A DNA stretch of 64,000 bases from contig OZ253470.1 of NCBI GenBank assembly GCA_965261735.1, forward strand, positions 1,888,001 through 1,952,000, given 5' to 3'. The notes below the pieces were generated by a model. It was given only the letters and a program-made list of their open reading frames with translations. It did no database searches and had not been told where the DNA came from. The DNA comes from Alphaproteobacteria bacterium (lineage in GTDB: Bacteria > Pseudomonadota > Alphaproteobacteria > SHVV01). This document shows, piece by piece, positions 46,906-57,192 of this stretch (the stretch's first letter is position 1; the number at the start of each line of letters is the position of its first letter). The position numbers and the translations under genes were made by a program.

Positions 46906-49900
46906 GCAACGATCACGAATGGATGAACCTCATCGAAGCCTCCGGGCCTTTCCTAGCGGTGCCCGTACTAAGGGATGTCTTTCCCCAAGGTCTCGAAGCT
47001 CTGCCTTCTGGGCGACCCCAGCGGCTGCGTCGAACGTATGAGGAATGGCGCGATGCAGTCGACATGGACGACCTCGACCTTTCGGCCCTGCACACTGCCT
47101 GGATCGACGACGTGCTGCTCACTGCGCTGGAGATGGATGAGATGGTGTTGCGCAAGGGCGCGACCCTGCCCGAGCGCCTGACGGTCTCGATGCCTGAACA
47201 CGGGGTCACGGTCGCGCCCGATCTGGCGGTCGTGAACCAGACGAACTCCGACGAACCGCTCCTGCTCATCCACGTCTACGAGCCCGACACCGATCTCGAC
47301 GCGACGCGCCGCTTCGATGGCCTCGCAATCACACCGGCCGACCGGATGGTCGCTCTGCTCCGGGCGACGGGATGCCCCACTGGCATCGTGACCAATGGTG
47401 AGCGCTGGATGCTCGTCCACGCGCCCGTCGGCACCGTGGCAGGCTTCGCGAGCTGGTATTCTCGCCTTTGGGGCCAGGAGCCGGAAACACTGCGCGCCTT
47501 CGTCAGCCTTCTGGGCGTCCGTCGATTCTTCGGCCCGGATGATGGCAAGCTGCCTGCGCTCTACGAACGGTCTCTGAAACACCAGGACGACGTGACCGAA
47601 GCACTGGGCGAACAGGTCCGGCGCGCAGTCGAAGTGCTCGTCCAGGCTCTCGATCGCGCCGACCAGGACCGCAATCGCGATCTCCTGCGCGACGTCGATC
47701 CGCGCGAGCTCTACGAGGCCGGCCTCACGGTCATGATGCGGCTCGTCTTTCTGCTGGCTGCAGAAGAACGCGCCCTGCTGCTGCTCGGCGATCCCCGCTA
47801 CGACTCCTTTTATGCCATCTCCAGCCTGCGGATGCAGTTGCGTGCGGATTCCGAAGAGATCCTCGAGCATCGCCGGTCCGCTTGGTCGCGGTTGCTCGCC
47901 CTGTTTCGTGGCGTCTATGGAGGCATCGACCATCCGACGCTGCGCCTTCCGGCGCTCGGTGGTTCGCTGTTCGATCCCGATCGCTATCCCTTCCTCGAAG
48001 GACGCAAGAAGGAGACGAGCTGGCGAAGTGATCCGGCCGAGCCGCTGCCGATCGACGACCGAACAGTTCTGCTCCTGCTGGAAGCGATCCAGACCTTCGA
48101 AGGCCGCACGCTCTCCTATCGCGCGCTCGACGTGGAGCAGATCGGCCACGTTTACGAGGGTCTGCTCGAACGGACGGTGAAACGCGTCGAGGACGTGACG
48201 CTCGAACTCGATAGCGGCGCAAAGACCAAGAGCCCGCGCGTGACGCTCGGCGAGATGGAGTCGGCACGCCTGGACGGCCCGGCGAGGGTCACCGAACTGT
48301 TGAAGGAGCGGAGCGAACGCTCGGAGTCCGCCATTCGCAACGCCCTGGAGCGGGCGACCGACGACCGTCTTGCCGCGCGCCTGCTCACCGTTTGCCGCGG
48401 TGACATCGGTCTGCGCGACCGCATCCTGCCTTACGCAGCCCTGCTGCGGACGGACCCTTGGGGCTATCCGCTCGTCCATCACAAGGGCGCCTTCGTCGTC
48501 GTCCTTGGCGCCGATCGGCGCGAGAGCGGCACGCACTACACGCCGAAGAGCCTGACTGAGAAGATCGTCGAGGAAACCCTCACGCCGGTCGCCTATCGTG
48601 GACCAGCCGATGGCAAGGCGCCCGAGGAATGGGAGTTGAAGAGCGCCGAGGAACTCCTGGATCTCAAGATCTGCGATCCTGCCATGGGCTCTGGTGCTTT
48701 TCTCGTTGAGGCCTGCCGCTGGCTCTCCGACCGGCTGGTCGAGGCCTGGTCGGTGACCGAGAAGAGTGGCAGGCGGATCGACAGCGAGGGCCGCATCGTC
48801 GAACAGGGGGATATCGCGGGGTTCGAGCGCCTGACGCAGGATGCCGAAGAGCGTGCGATCCTCGCTCGGCGTCTCATTGCTGAGCGATGCCTCTATGGCG
48901 TGGATCGCAACCCGCTCGCGGTCGAACTGGCCAAGCTCTCGCTCTGGCTGACGACGATGTCCAAGGGGCGGCCCTTCGGTTTCCTCGACCACAACCTGCG
49001 CAGCGGCGACAGCCTTCTCGGCATTCACGACCTCGGTCAGCTCGTCGAACTCGACATGACGCCGAAGGGTACAAAACAGCTCAGGCTGTTCGGGAGGGGT
49101 ATCCAGGCGGCGGTGGAAGAGGCGATCGCCTTGCGAATGCGCCTAAGGGCCATCCCCATCCGGGATATGCGGGATGTGGAAGCAATGTCTGCGCTCGACA
49201 CAGAGTCCAAAGCGGTATTGCAGAGGCCAATTCTGGTTGCGGACAAGTTACTCAGAATATCTATTGATCTCTCAAAAAAATCCCGTGTGCTCCGAGCTGA
49301 ACTGCAGGTCCTCGCATCCAATGCGGATGATCTATTCTCGCGAGAGAATAATCCATCAAGATACGAGGAAGAGAATTTCTTTCACTGGCCTTTGGAGTTT
49401 CCAGAGGTGTTCATGATAGGCAGCTGTGGATTTGATGCAGTTATAGGCAACCCACCTTATGTCAACGCGGTCGTACAGTCTGATGCCGATGTCACCGGCA
49501 ATCTAAAAAAGTTTTTTGCGAGCAATTACGAGTCCGCCACGGGAAGCTATGACCTCTACGTTCTGTTCTTTGAGCGTGCGATGCACGTCAGCGCAAGCGC
49601 TGGCACTGTTGGCTTCATAGTTCCAAATAAAATACTTAGCGCTGAGTATGCAGAATCTCTCAGGAAGATTCTTGTGAGGGATGCCGAGATACAATCAATC
49701 TCCGACTACTCATCAATCAGAGTATTCTCGGCAAGCGTGTATCCAGTCGTGCTCGTTCTTAGGCTCCTAAAGACACACGCCGATGCTTTTGTAGAGGTGG
49801 TGCAAAAGAGTCCACGTCAGCCTGTGAGGCAATCCGCCTTCGCGAATGCACCGTCCTGTCTTTGGGGATTCATCCTAACAGATTTCGCCGAAATCATTGA

Positions 49901-50597
49901 AACTGCGCTGGTTGACACTGTCGAGCTAGGTACAAGAGCCTCAGTTTCGGGCGCAGCGACCGTCGCAGAAGCATACGAATTGATTTCCGCTCTAGAGGAA
50001 TCTGACACGCAGGAAATCCCGTCGGGCTTCAGCAAGTTTGTTGTTAGCGGAAACATTCGGCCATTTCGCGTCACATGGGAAGATGCGCCGGTACAATATC
50101 TGAAACGGCGCTACACGAAGCCAATTGCCAACCTAACCGCTATCCCTGAAAAGCGACGTAATCAGGCGTTGAAGCCAAAGATAATTATTTCTGGAATGGC
50201 CAAGCGACCTGTCGCGTTTGAAGATTCAAAGGGTGAATATTTATCTGGCAAGTCTACTGTTATCATTATTGACTCCAAAGATGGCATAAACCTTAAGACC
50301 ATTACCGCTGTGTTAAATTCAAAACTTGGGTCCCTCATCTACTTCGGGCTTTATAGCGGCCTTGCTCTATCTGGAGGCTACCTAAGATTTGGCCCGCCTC
50401 AGATATCAGCTTTCCCAATACCTAAAGACCTGGAATCGACGATTTCCCACGAAGAGGCCGTTGAAGATCTCGAGACGCTGATCTGCCAAGCCTACTCCGT
50501 TGATGTCGCCAGTGTTGAATCGGCATTTGAAAGAAACTTCGGGGAAGTTGGTGACCAAGACAGCTCTCTGCCTGAGGACGACGGAGATGAAGGGTAG
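46902..50597 (+). CDS. drmMI: DISARM adenine methyltransferase DrmMI
   Basis: GHVYEGLLE, GTHYTP, DPAMGSGAFL, FHWPLEFPEVF, GNPPY, C-terminal TRD; ATGA overlap with drmD. Confidence 0.88.
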   Translation: MSNDHEWMNLIEASGPFLAVPVLRDVFPQGLEALPSGRPQRLRRTYEEWRDAVDMDDLDLSALHTAWIDDVLLTALEMDEMVLRKGATLPERLTVSMPEHGVTVAPDLAVVNQTNSDEPLLLIHVYEPDTDLDATRRFDGLAITPADRMVALLRATGCPTGIVTNGERWMLVHAPVGTVAGFASWYSRLWGQEPETLRAFVSLLGVRRFFGPDDGKLPALYERSLKHQDDVTEALGEQVRRAVEVLVQALDRADQDRNRDLLRDVDPRELYEAGLTVMMRLVFLLAAEERALLLLGDPRYDSFYAISSLRMQLRADSEEILEHRRSAWSRLLALFRGVYGGIDHPTLRLPALGGSLFDPDRYPFLEGRKKETSWRSDPAEPLPIDDRTVLLLLEAIQTFEGRTLSYRALDVEQIGHVYEGLLERTVKRVEDVTLELDSGAKTKSPRVTLGEMESARLDGPARVTELLKERSERSESAIRNALERATDDRLAARLLTVCRGDIGLRDRILPYAALLRTDPWGYPLVHHKGAFVVVLGADRRESGTHYTPKSLTEKIVEETLTPVAYRGPADGKAPEEWELKSAEELLDLKICDPAMGSGAFLVEACRWLSDRLVEAWSVTEKSGRRIDSEGRIVEQGDIAGFERLTQDAEERAILARRLIAERCLYGVDRNPLAVELAKLSLWLTTMSKGRPFGFLDHNLRSGDSLLGIHDLGQLVELDMTPKGTKQLRLFGRGIQAAVEEAIALRMRLRAIPIRDMRDVEAMSALDTESKAVLQRPILVADKLLRISIDLSKKSRVLRAELQVLASNADDLFSRENNPSRYEEENFFHWPLEFPEVFMIGSCGFDAVIGNPPYVNAVVQSDADVTGNLKKFFASNYESATGSYDLYVLFFERAMHVSASAGTVGFIVPNKILSAEYAESLRKILVRDAEIQSISDYSSIRVFSASVYPVVLVLRLLKTHADAFVEVVQKSPRQPVRQSAFANAPSCLWGFILTDFAEIIETALVDTVELGTRASVSGAATVAEAYELISALEESDTQEIPSGFSKFVVSGNIRPFRVTWEDAPVQYLKRRYTKPIANLTAIPEKRRNQALKPKIIISGMAKRPVAFEDSKGEYLSGKSTVIIIDSKDGINLKTITAVLNSKLGSLIYFGLYSGLALSGGYLRFGPPQISAFPIPKDLESTISHEEAVEDLETLICQAYSVDVASVESAFERNFGEVGDQDSSLPEDDGDEG

Positions 50598-50603
50598 CTC
50601 TAT

Positions 50604-53600
50604 ATGACTAATTCTTCTCTGAGCCTTTCATCAGCGGAAGGCGCTTGGCTCTGCAAAACCGCAAATGCAAGTAATCCTTACACGGTCCGGGTAGATGTCG
50701 GCCCGACCAATCACAGCGCGATCGCTCCGGATGACTGGGCGCTTGTTTTGCGACACGATGAAGCCGTCGCGATCGTCGGACGTATCCTTCGCATCCGCTC
50801 GGACCTCGATGGCGCCACGTTCCATTTCGACCGTTGGCACCTCGTGGAGCCAGCCGTGCCGCTCGCGGCCCTCGGCATGACCGCGCCGACCGGTCCGGTC
50901 GCGCGGCTGCTATGGGGCGAGTTTCTCCGCATCCTGCCACTCCTCGGCGTCGCCGACCCACACGGGGTGCCGCTGATCGACGATGTCGTCTATACCCGCG
51001 ACCTCCTCGAACACGCCGTGCGTGACGATCTGCTCGGCCCCGCTGGTGGACCCCACGAGCTGATCAAGGACATGAGCGTCCGCGACCGCTACCTCGTCGG
51101 CAAGCTGGCGCCACGTCGGCCGGATGACGACCAGGCGGCTCGGGTCGAGCCTGCCTCGGCGGCCGAGGAGGCTGGTGACCTCGAGGACGAGCGGGCGGCG
51201 CCACTTCACGAGCCTGGTGCCGAGTTCGCGAGCGCATCGGGCCGCGTGGAGCCCGAGGACGATGCGCTCGACGAGATCGACACCACGAACAATCAGTCCC
51301 TGGTCCCGTCCAGCATGGGCCTCACCTTCTGCGTGGCGCTCGACGTCGAGAAACTGACCATCGATGCACGATGGGGACGTTACGAGCGTGTCCCCAACGA
51401 TGAGCACGACATCGTCAAGACCCGCAAGAACCGCGCAACCGGCCACGAGGAGGAGGTTAAGGTCAGGGTCTGGCAGCGCATCCCGTGTGGTGGCGTGGTC
51501 ACGCTGCCACTTGTCGACGGACAGATCCAACCATCGACGCCAGATCGCGATCAGCCGGACGTCCGCCTGCAAGGCACGGTGCGAACGAACAACAAGGGGG
51601 AACGGCTCGTCACACTGTTCCTCGTGAACGGTCAGTTTGAACCCGACGACAACAAGGATCGGGCCTGGCTATTCCAACCTGAGATCTCTGTCGAAGCCAC
51701 CGAGGACCAGACCGAAAATTCGGTGTTCCGGCGCCGCCCATCCAACGAGGTCGTGGTCGACGACCCAGAACGCGACCGGCTCGCACTCATCTATCGCAAC
51801 CGCCTGGAATTCGCGGTTGGACATGGGGTGTCTGTCCATGCCGAGACGACCCTCGAAGATCCGACGAAGGCGCATCTCGTCCGAACCGAAATCATCCCCT
51901 GCTACGAAGTCGCCGTCACGGAAACCCCGGGTCTCGACCCGATGGACCGTCCAGCCATGCGCCGCATGCTCGACGAGGGCTGGCTCGACATGACGCGACT
52001 GGCGGAAATGGCGCCGGACGCGCTGCGCGAGGCGCTCTCGTGCCTTGTCGACGATTACGCCGTTTGGATTGGCGAGCAGAAAGCGCGACTGGGGTTCGAG
52101 ATCACCGGCTTTGACGATCCGGGCAAGGACGTCATCGAGCGCTGCGAGGAGATCCTGCGCCGCCTTCGGGAGGGCATGAAAACTCTCTTCGCGGATCCGA
52201 AAGCGCTGGAAGCGTTCCGCTTCGCCAACCGGTCCATGGCGATGCAGCGTGTCCGAAGCATCTACGCTCTGAAGCGCAGACGAAACGAGACCGTGGATAT
52301 GACCACGTTGGACGTGCCGAAGAACAGATCGTGGCGCACGTTCCAGCTGGCATTCCTGCTGCTGTCGATCCCGTCGCTCGCCGATCCGGCTCATCCGGAC
52401 CGGACGAAGCCAGTCGAGGCGTTCGCCGATCTGCTCTGGTTCCCGACGGGTGGTGGCAAGACCGAAGCCTATCTCGGCGTGGCGGCTTTCGCCATGGCCA
52501 TGCGCCGCCTGAAGAAAGATCTGGGTGGCTTCGACGCTTCCCGCGGCCTTACCGTCATCATGCGCTACACGCTGCGACTGCTGACGCTGCAGCAGTTCCA
52601 GAGGGCAACGACGCTTCTCTGCGCGATGGAAGTCATCCGTCGTGCAGACGGCAAGACGTGGGGCAAGGAACCGTTCACACTCGGCCTCTGGGTCGGCAAT
52701 CGTGTGACACCGGGGACGACCGAAGCGTCTCACCAAGCTGTCGAGGCTATTCGAAACAACGACCGCAACAAGGCGGGCATCGCTTCGCCTGCACAACTGA
52801 CCAGCTGCCCTTGGTGCGGTTCGGAGATCTACGGTGGACGCGACATTGAGGTCGACAGGATCGCCGGCAGGACGCTGATCCACTGCGGGGACAAGCTCGG
52901 TAGTTGCGATTTCTCGAAGGCGAAATCCAGCGGCCAGCCTCACCCGGGGCTTCCCGTGAAGGTCGTCGACGAGGAAATCTATCACCGCCCGCCGACGATG
53001 ATGATCGCGACCGTGGACAAGTTCGCGATGATGGCTTGGCGCCCTGAGGTGCGGAACCTGTTCGGCCGCGTCGATCACGAGTGCGGACGCCATGGCTTGC
53101 TTTGGCCGAACCACGACTGTGGCACCGGGCACCGAGCCAGAGGGGCACATCCCGCCACGAGCGTGAAACCGGTTCGCGCGATAAGGCCACCCGAACTGAT
53201 CATCCAGGACGAGTTCCATCTCATAAGCGGCCCGTTAGGCACTATGGTCGGTCTGTACGAGACGGCCGTCGACGAGCTGAGCAGCTGGGCTCTGGACGAT
53301 ACGAAGGTCCGCCCCAAGGTCGTCGCCTCCACAGCGACCGTGCGGCGGGCCGATGATCAGGTGCGCAATGTGTTCATGCGCCGGATCTCTGTGTTCCCAC
53401 CTTCGGGACTGGACATCGAAGACAACTTCTTCTCGGTCCAGAGACCGATCAGCGAAAAGCCCGGGCGGCGGTATATGGGCGTCTGTGCACCCGGCAGCTC
53501 GCGTCCTGCGGTGCTGATCAGGACCTACACGGCGTTCCTGACCGCCGCGCAGGGGCTGTTCGATCGGTTCGGCCCGGTGGCCGACCCCTATATGACGCTC

Positions 53601-54593
53601 GTCGGCTACTTCAACTCGCTGCGAGAACTCGGCGGTATGAAGCGGTTGGCGGAAGACGACGTCCAGACGCGTTCGTTCCGCGTCAATATGAGCTTGGTGG
53701 ACCGACCGGGGCTCTCCCAGCGGCGTGTCGAGGAAATCAGCGAACTGACGTCGCGCGTCTCAAGTCAGGACATTCCGCGATACCTCGATCAGCTCGAGGT
53801 TCCCTTCGAAGGAACCTTCGATCCGGCACAAGGCAAGTGGGTGACCAACAGGAAGCCCGGAGAGGCCCGGCCGATCGATGCCGTTCTTGCGACGAACATG
53901 CTGTCGGTCGGTGTCGACGTGAATCGTCTCGGGGTGATGGTCGTAAACGGTCAGCCCAAGGGAACGGCCGAATACATCCAGGCGACCAGCCGTGTGGGCC
54001 GCACGCCGCCGGGACTCGTGGCGACCGTGCTGACTTGGGCGCGGCCTCGCGACCTGTCGCACTACGAGACGTTCGAGCACTACCACGCGACCTTCTACCA
54101 GCATGTCGAGGCCCAATCCGTCACCCCGTTCTCACCACGAGCGCTGGATCGAGGGCTCACCGGCGCGATGCTTTCGATCATGCGCCACACCTATGATCCC
54201 TTCGCGGCGAATGATGGAGCTGGCGCCATGAACAGTCCAAGTCTCAACGAGATGCTGGAAACGATAGGCGCCGTCGCAGCTCGCACCTGGGAAGTCACCG
54301 AGGACTCGGGGAAGAAGGCTTTGACCGAAGCCGAGATGAAGAGCCGAGCCGACGAATGGGCCAATGAAGCGGGCGTTGGCGGCCGTACGCTCGTCTACCA
54401 GAAGCATGGCGCAGGTCCCACCGCCTATCCGCTGCTCTCAGCTCCGGGCATCAAGCCTTGGACCGACTGGACCGTCCCAATGTCGATGCGCGAAGTCGAG
54501 CCCGGTGTGAGGCTCGTGATGGAGGACAACCGATCAACCAGTGATCCGACTTGGCGACCGCGGGTGACGAAGCCCGAGGAGGATCAGCAATGA
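50604..54593 (+). CDS. drmA: DISARM SF2 helicase DrmA
   Basis: DLLGPAGG, WFPTGGGKTEAY, RYTLRLLT.QQFQR, QDEFH, ATNMLSVGVDV, YIQATSRVGR. Confidence 0.92.
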   Translation: MTNSSLSLSSAEGAWLCKTANASNPYTVRVDVGPTNHSAIAPDDWALVLRHDEAVAIVGRILRIRSDLDGATFHFDRWHLVEPAVPLAALGMTAPTGPVARLLWGEFLRILPLLGVADPHGVPLIDDVVYTRDLLEHAVRDDLLGPAGGPHELIKDMSVRDRYLVGKLAPRRPDDDQAARVEPASAAEEAGDLEDERAAPLHEPGAEFASASGRVEPEDDALDEIDTTNNQSLVPSSMGLTFCVALDVEKLTIDARWGRYERVPNDEHDIVKTRKNRATGHEEEVKVRVWQRIPCGGVVTLPLVDGQIQPSTPDRDQPDVRLQGTVRTNNKGERLVTLFLVNGQFEPDDNKDRAWLFQPEISVEATEDQTENSVFRRRPSNEVVVDDPERDRLALIYRNRLEFAVGHGVSVHAETTLEDPTKAHLVRTEIIPCYEVAVTETPGLDPMDRPAMRRMLDEGWLDMTRLAEMAPDALREALSCLVDDYAVWIGEQKARLGFEITGFDDPGKDVIERCEEILRRLREGMKTLFADPKALEAFRFANRSMAMQRVRSIYALKRRRNETVDMTTLDVPKNRSWRTFQLAFLLLSIPSLADPAHPDRTKPVEAFADLLWFPTGGGKTEAYLGVAAFAMAMRRLKKDLGGFDASRGLTVIMRYTLRLLTLQQFQRATTLLCAMEVIRRADGKTWGKEPFTLGLWVGNRVTPGTTEASHQAVEAIRNNDRNKAGIASPAQLTSCPWCGSEIYGGRDIEVDRIAGRTLIHCGDKLGSCDFSKAKSSGQPHPGLPVKVVDEEIYHRPPTMMIATVDKFAMMAWRPEVRNLFGRVDHECGRHGLLWPNHDCGTGHRARGAHPATSVKPVRAIRPPELIIQDEFHLISGPLGTMVGLYETAVDELSSWALDDTKVRPKVVASTATVRRADDQVRNVFMRRISVFPPSGLDIEDNFFSVQRPISEKPGRRYMGVCAPGSSRPAVLIRTYTAFLTAAQGLFDRFGPVADPYMTLVGYFNSLRELGGMKRLAEDDVQTRSFRVNMSLVDRPGLSQRRVEEISELTSRVSSQDIPRYLDQLEVPFEGTFDPAQGKWVTNRKPGEARPIDAVLATNMLSVGVDVNRLGVMVVNGQPKGTAEYIQATSRVGRTPPGLVATVLTWARPRDLSHYETFEHYHATFYQHVEAQSVTPFSPRALDRGLTGAMLSIMRHTYDPFAANDGAGAMNSPSLNEMLETIGAVAARTWEVTEDSGKKALTEAEMKSRADEWANEAGVGGRTLVYQKHGAGPTAYPLLSAPGIKPWTDWTVPMSMREVEPGVRLVMEDNRSTSDPTWRPRVTKPEEDQQ

Positions 54594-56431
54594 GCAGAAC
54601 TCCCGTAGGAGAAATCCGACCGAGCCAGCTGCTTTGGACCTACGGTCCAGGAGCCTTGATCGACCTCCCGAACATGTCGGTGGTCACGATGGGGATCGAT
54701 CGCTGGGAGAAAGACAGGTGTCAGCCGATACAAGAGGCACGGTTGCTGGCCAATGTCCGGAGCGTGCTCGGTCCCCAGGTCGATTCATTGCGTATGCCCC
54801 CTATCGGCGAAAGGGACATCGTAGATCCTTTTTCAGCGGCGGCGCTGATCGGCGTGCCCGTAAAGCCCTTCCCGAGATGGCTGCGCTGCGTGAAATGCGG
54901 CCTGCTGTCGCCCTATGATGCCGGGTTGTTCAAGCTGAAAGAGAACAGGTACCGCCCGGAATCGACGCGCTTCGTTCATGAGGGTTGTCGAGGATCGAGC
55001 AACAATCAAAGGGCCAGAGATGCCGATGCGGTTCCGGCCCGCTTCCTGATGGCATGTCGTGCTGGGCATCTGGATGACTTTGCGTGGCACTGGTTCGTTC
55101 ATGGCGGGCCGAGCACATGCCGAGCAACGCTGAGATTCTTCGAGAGCGGCGCATCGCTGCAAACCGAGAACCTGTGGGTCAAGTGTGACGGCTGTGGCGC
55201 ATCGAAGAACATGGCGCAGGCCTTCGGTCAGGCAGGTCGAGATAATCTGCCGGGCTGCCGAGGGCGACATCCGCACGTGGATCGGTTTGAGGACGACTGC
55301 AGCGAGGAACCCCGCGCAATCCTTCTGGGCGCGACCAATGGCTGGTTTCCCGTTACGCTCTCGGTTCTCGCGATTCCGCAGACAGGGAGTCCTTTAGCGC
55401 AACTGATCGCGGACGGCTGGACTTTCTTCGAAGACGTCAGTTCCGCCGCCGAAGTCGCCTTCGTCATCAAGACCCTCAAGAAGACCGCTCAGCTGCCAGG
55501 CATCGAGCAGTTCATCGACGAGCATATCTGGTCCGCAATAGAAGTCCATCGCAATGGCGGATCGACCGTCGAGCAGAGTGATCTCAAAGGGCCGGAATGG
55601 GATGTGCTGACGGCCGACAACCCGCCCACCGACTATCCGCATTTCATGAGCAAAATGGTCGGCATTCCTTCGGGCTTTGGTTCGGCGATCATACGCGTTC
55701 TATTGCTGGAGCGCCTTCGTGAGGTGAATGCACTCCTTGGGTTCACGAGGGTCGAGTCCCCAGACGAGGGCACGGGAGATGACGCAGCTCCAAGGGCACC
55801 ACTCGCACGCGCCGCGCCGAACTGGGTACCGGCCACGCAGGTCCATGGGGAAGGCATTTTCATCCGCTTCGATGCCGATGCTATGAAGGCTTGGGCGGAC
55901 AAGGATCCCGTGAAAGCGCTGGATGCTCGGCTCAAACAGGGGCACCGCGGATGGCGTCACAAGCGAAATCTCGACCCGAACCAGGGTTATCCGGGTGTTC
56001 GCTTCGTCATGCTACATACCCTCGCACACATGCTGATCCGGGAACTGGCTCTGGAGTGCGGCTACAATGCCGCCAGTATTCGTGAGCGGATATATGCGGA
56101 TGTCGATGATGGCAAAGATCAAGCCGGATTTCTCATCTACACGGCTGCGGCAGACTCCGATGGAACTCTGGGGGGACTGGTAGAACTCGGCAAGCCTGAA
56201 AATCTCGGCCGACTTCTACGCCAAGCGCTGGACCGCGCCCACATCTGTGCCTCCGATCCCCTCTGTGCAGAACATGATCCGAGCAAGGATCAGTCGCTTC
56301 ACGGCGCAGCGTGTCACGCCTGTTCGTTCGTCTCGGAAACTTCATGTGAGCGGGGAAATCGCAACCTCGATCGGTCCTTGGTCGTACCGACGCTCGAAAA
56401 TCCCGATGCAGCATTCTTCGAGACTGTCTGA
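54590..56431 (+). CDS. drmB: DISARM DUF1998 protein DrmB
   Basis: RPSQLL.TYGPG, HTLAH.LIREL, DGTLGGLV, CASDPLC...ACHAC...SETSCE. Confidence 0.92.
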   Translation: MSRTPVGEIRPSQLLWTYGPGALIDLPNMSVVTMGIDRWEKDRCQPIQEARLLANVRSVLGPQVDSLRMPPIGERDIVDPFSAAALIGVPVKPFPRWLRCVKCGLLSPYDAGLFKLKENRYRPESTRFVHEGCRGSSNNQRARDADAVPARFLMACRAGHLDDFAWHWFVHGGPSTCRATLRFFESGASLQTENLWVKCDGCGASKNMAQAFGQAGRDNLPGCRGRHPHVDRFEDDCSEEPRAILLGATNGWFPVTLSVLAIPQTGSPLAQLIADGWTFFEDVSSAAEVAFVIKTLKKTAQLPGIEQFIDEHIWSAIEVHRNGGSTVEQSDLKGPEWDVLTADNPPTDYPHFMSKMVGIPSGFGSAIIRVLLLERLREVNALLGFTRVESPDEGTGDDAAPRAPLARAAPNWVPATQVHGEGIFIRFDADAMKAWADKDPVKALDARLKQGHRGWRHKRNLDPNQGYPGVRFVMLHTLAHMLIRELALECGYNAASIRERIYADVDDGKDQAGFLIYTAAADSDGTLGGLVELGKPENLGRLLRQALDRAHICASDPLCAEHDPSKDQSLHGAACHACSFVSETSCERGNRNLDRSLVVPTLENPDAAFFETV

Positions 56432-57192
56432 TGGAAGCGATGCTGATCCCAGCTACGGACCTCGTGGCCCTGTTGTCTCCGTCGAGGATCGAAGCACTTG
56501 CTGATCGTGTCCGCGGCTCGCTGTCGGCCGAGAGAGATGGGAGCCTGCACCAGCTTGTGACCACGCCGGCTGCTCGCGCAGCACTTGATCGTCTAATCGT
56601 CACTTGGAAGCAGACGGGAATCTCAGGCGATGTATTGGCCGGTATCTTGGTCGGCGCGGCGTACGCCCGCCAACAGGCACAGCGCGAGAGCAATCTCGAA
56701 CTCGTTTGGACGGGCCCGACGACACCCTTCGTCGCCACCCGTCGCACAGAGCAGGTGCTTTTGGATCTCATCCGTCACGCGCAGAGCGACCTCTTCCTCG
56801 TCAGCTTCGTCGCATATGACGTCTCCTCGGTCGTCGACGCATTGAACGCTGCAGCCGCTCGCGGCATCGACGTCCGAATTCTGCTGGAGACGTCCACGAG
56901 TCATGGCGGGAGCCTGTCTGTTGATCCTGTCGCCACGATGCGGAGCTGTGTACCTCTGGCAGCCTTGTATGTCTGGACAGGCCGGCCATCACCGTTCACC
57001 GAAGGAAGGGTTCACGCGAAAGTGGCTGTCGCCGACGGGAATATAGCTTTTTTGACCAGCGCCAACCTGACCGGACACGCACTCGAGAAAAACATGGAGG
57101 CGGGCGTCGTGATCAGCGGCGGACACATTCCAACGGGCCTGCGCGCACATCTGCACGCCCTCATAGAGACGAAGATCATTCGTAAGATTTAG
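56431..57192 (+). CDS. drmC: DISARM phospholipase-D-family nuclease DrmC
   Basis: ELVWTGP, RRTEQVL, HKD motif HAKVAVAD, SANLT..ALEKNMEAG. Confidence 0.92.
   Translation: MEAMLIPATDLVALLSPSRIEALADRVRGSLSAERDGSLHQLVTTPAARAALDRLIVTWKQTGISGDVLAGILVGAAYARQQAQRESNLELVWTGPTTPFVATRRTEQVLLDLIRHAQSDLFLVSFVAYDVSSVVDALNAAAARGIDVRILLETSTSHGGSLSVDPVATMRSCVPLAALYVWTGRPSPFTEGRVHAKVAVADGNIAFLTSANLTGHALEKNMEAGVVISGGHIPTGLRAHLHALIETKIIRKI

Noticed and set aside
46968-49028. Long antisense ORFs (also 51669-53219, 27380-28831, 38133-39299 and others)
   Set aside because: Shadow frames of high-GC genes whose true frames carry clear motifs.
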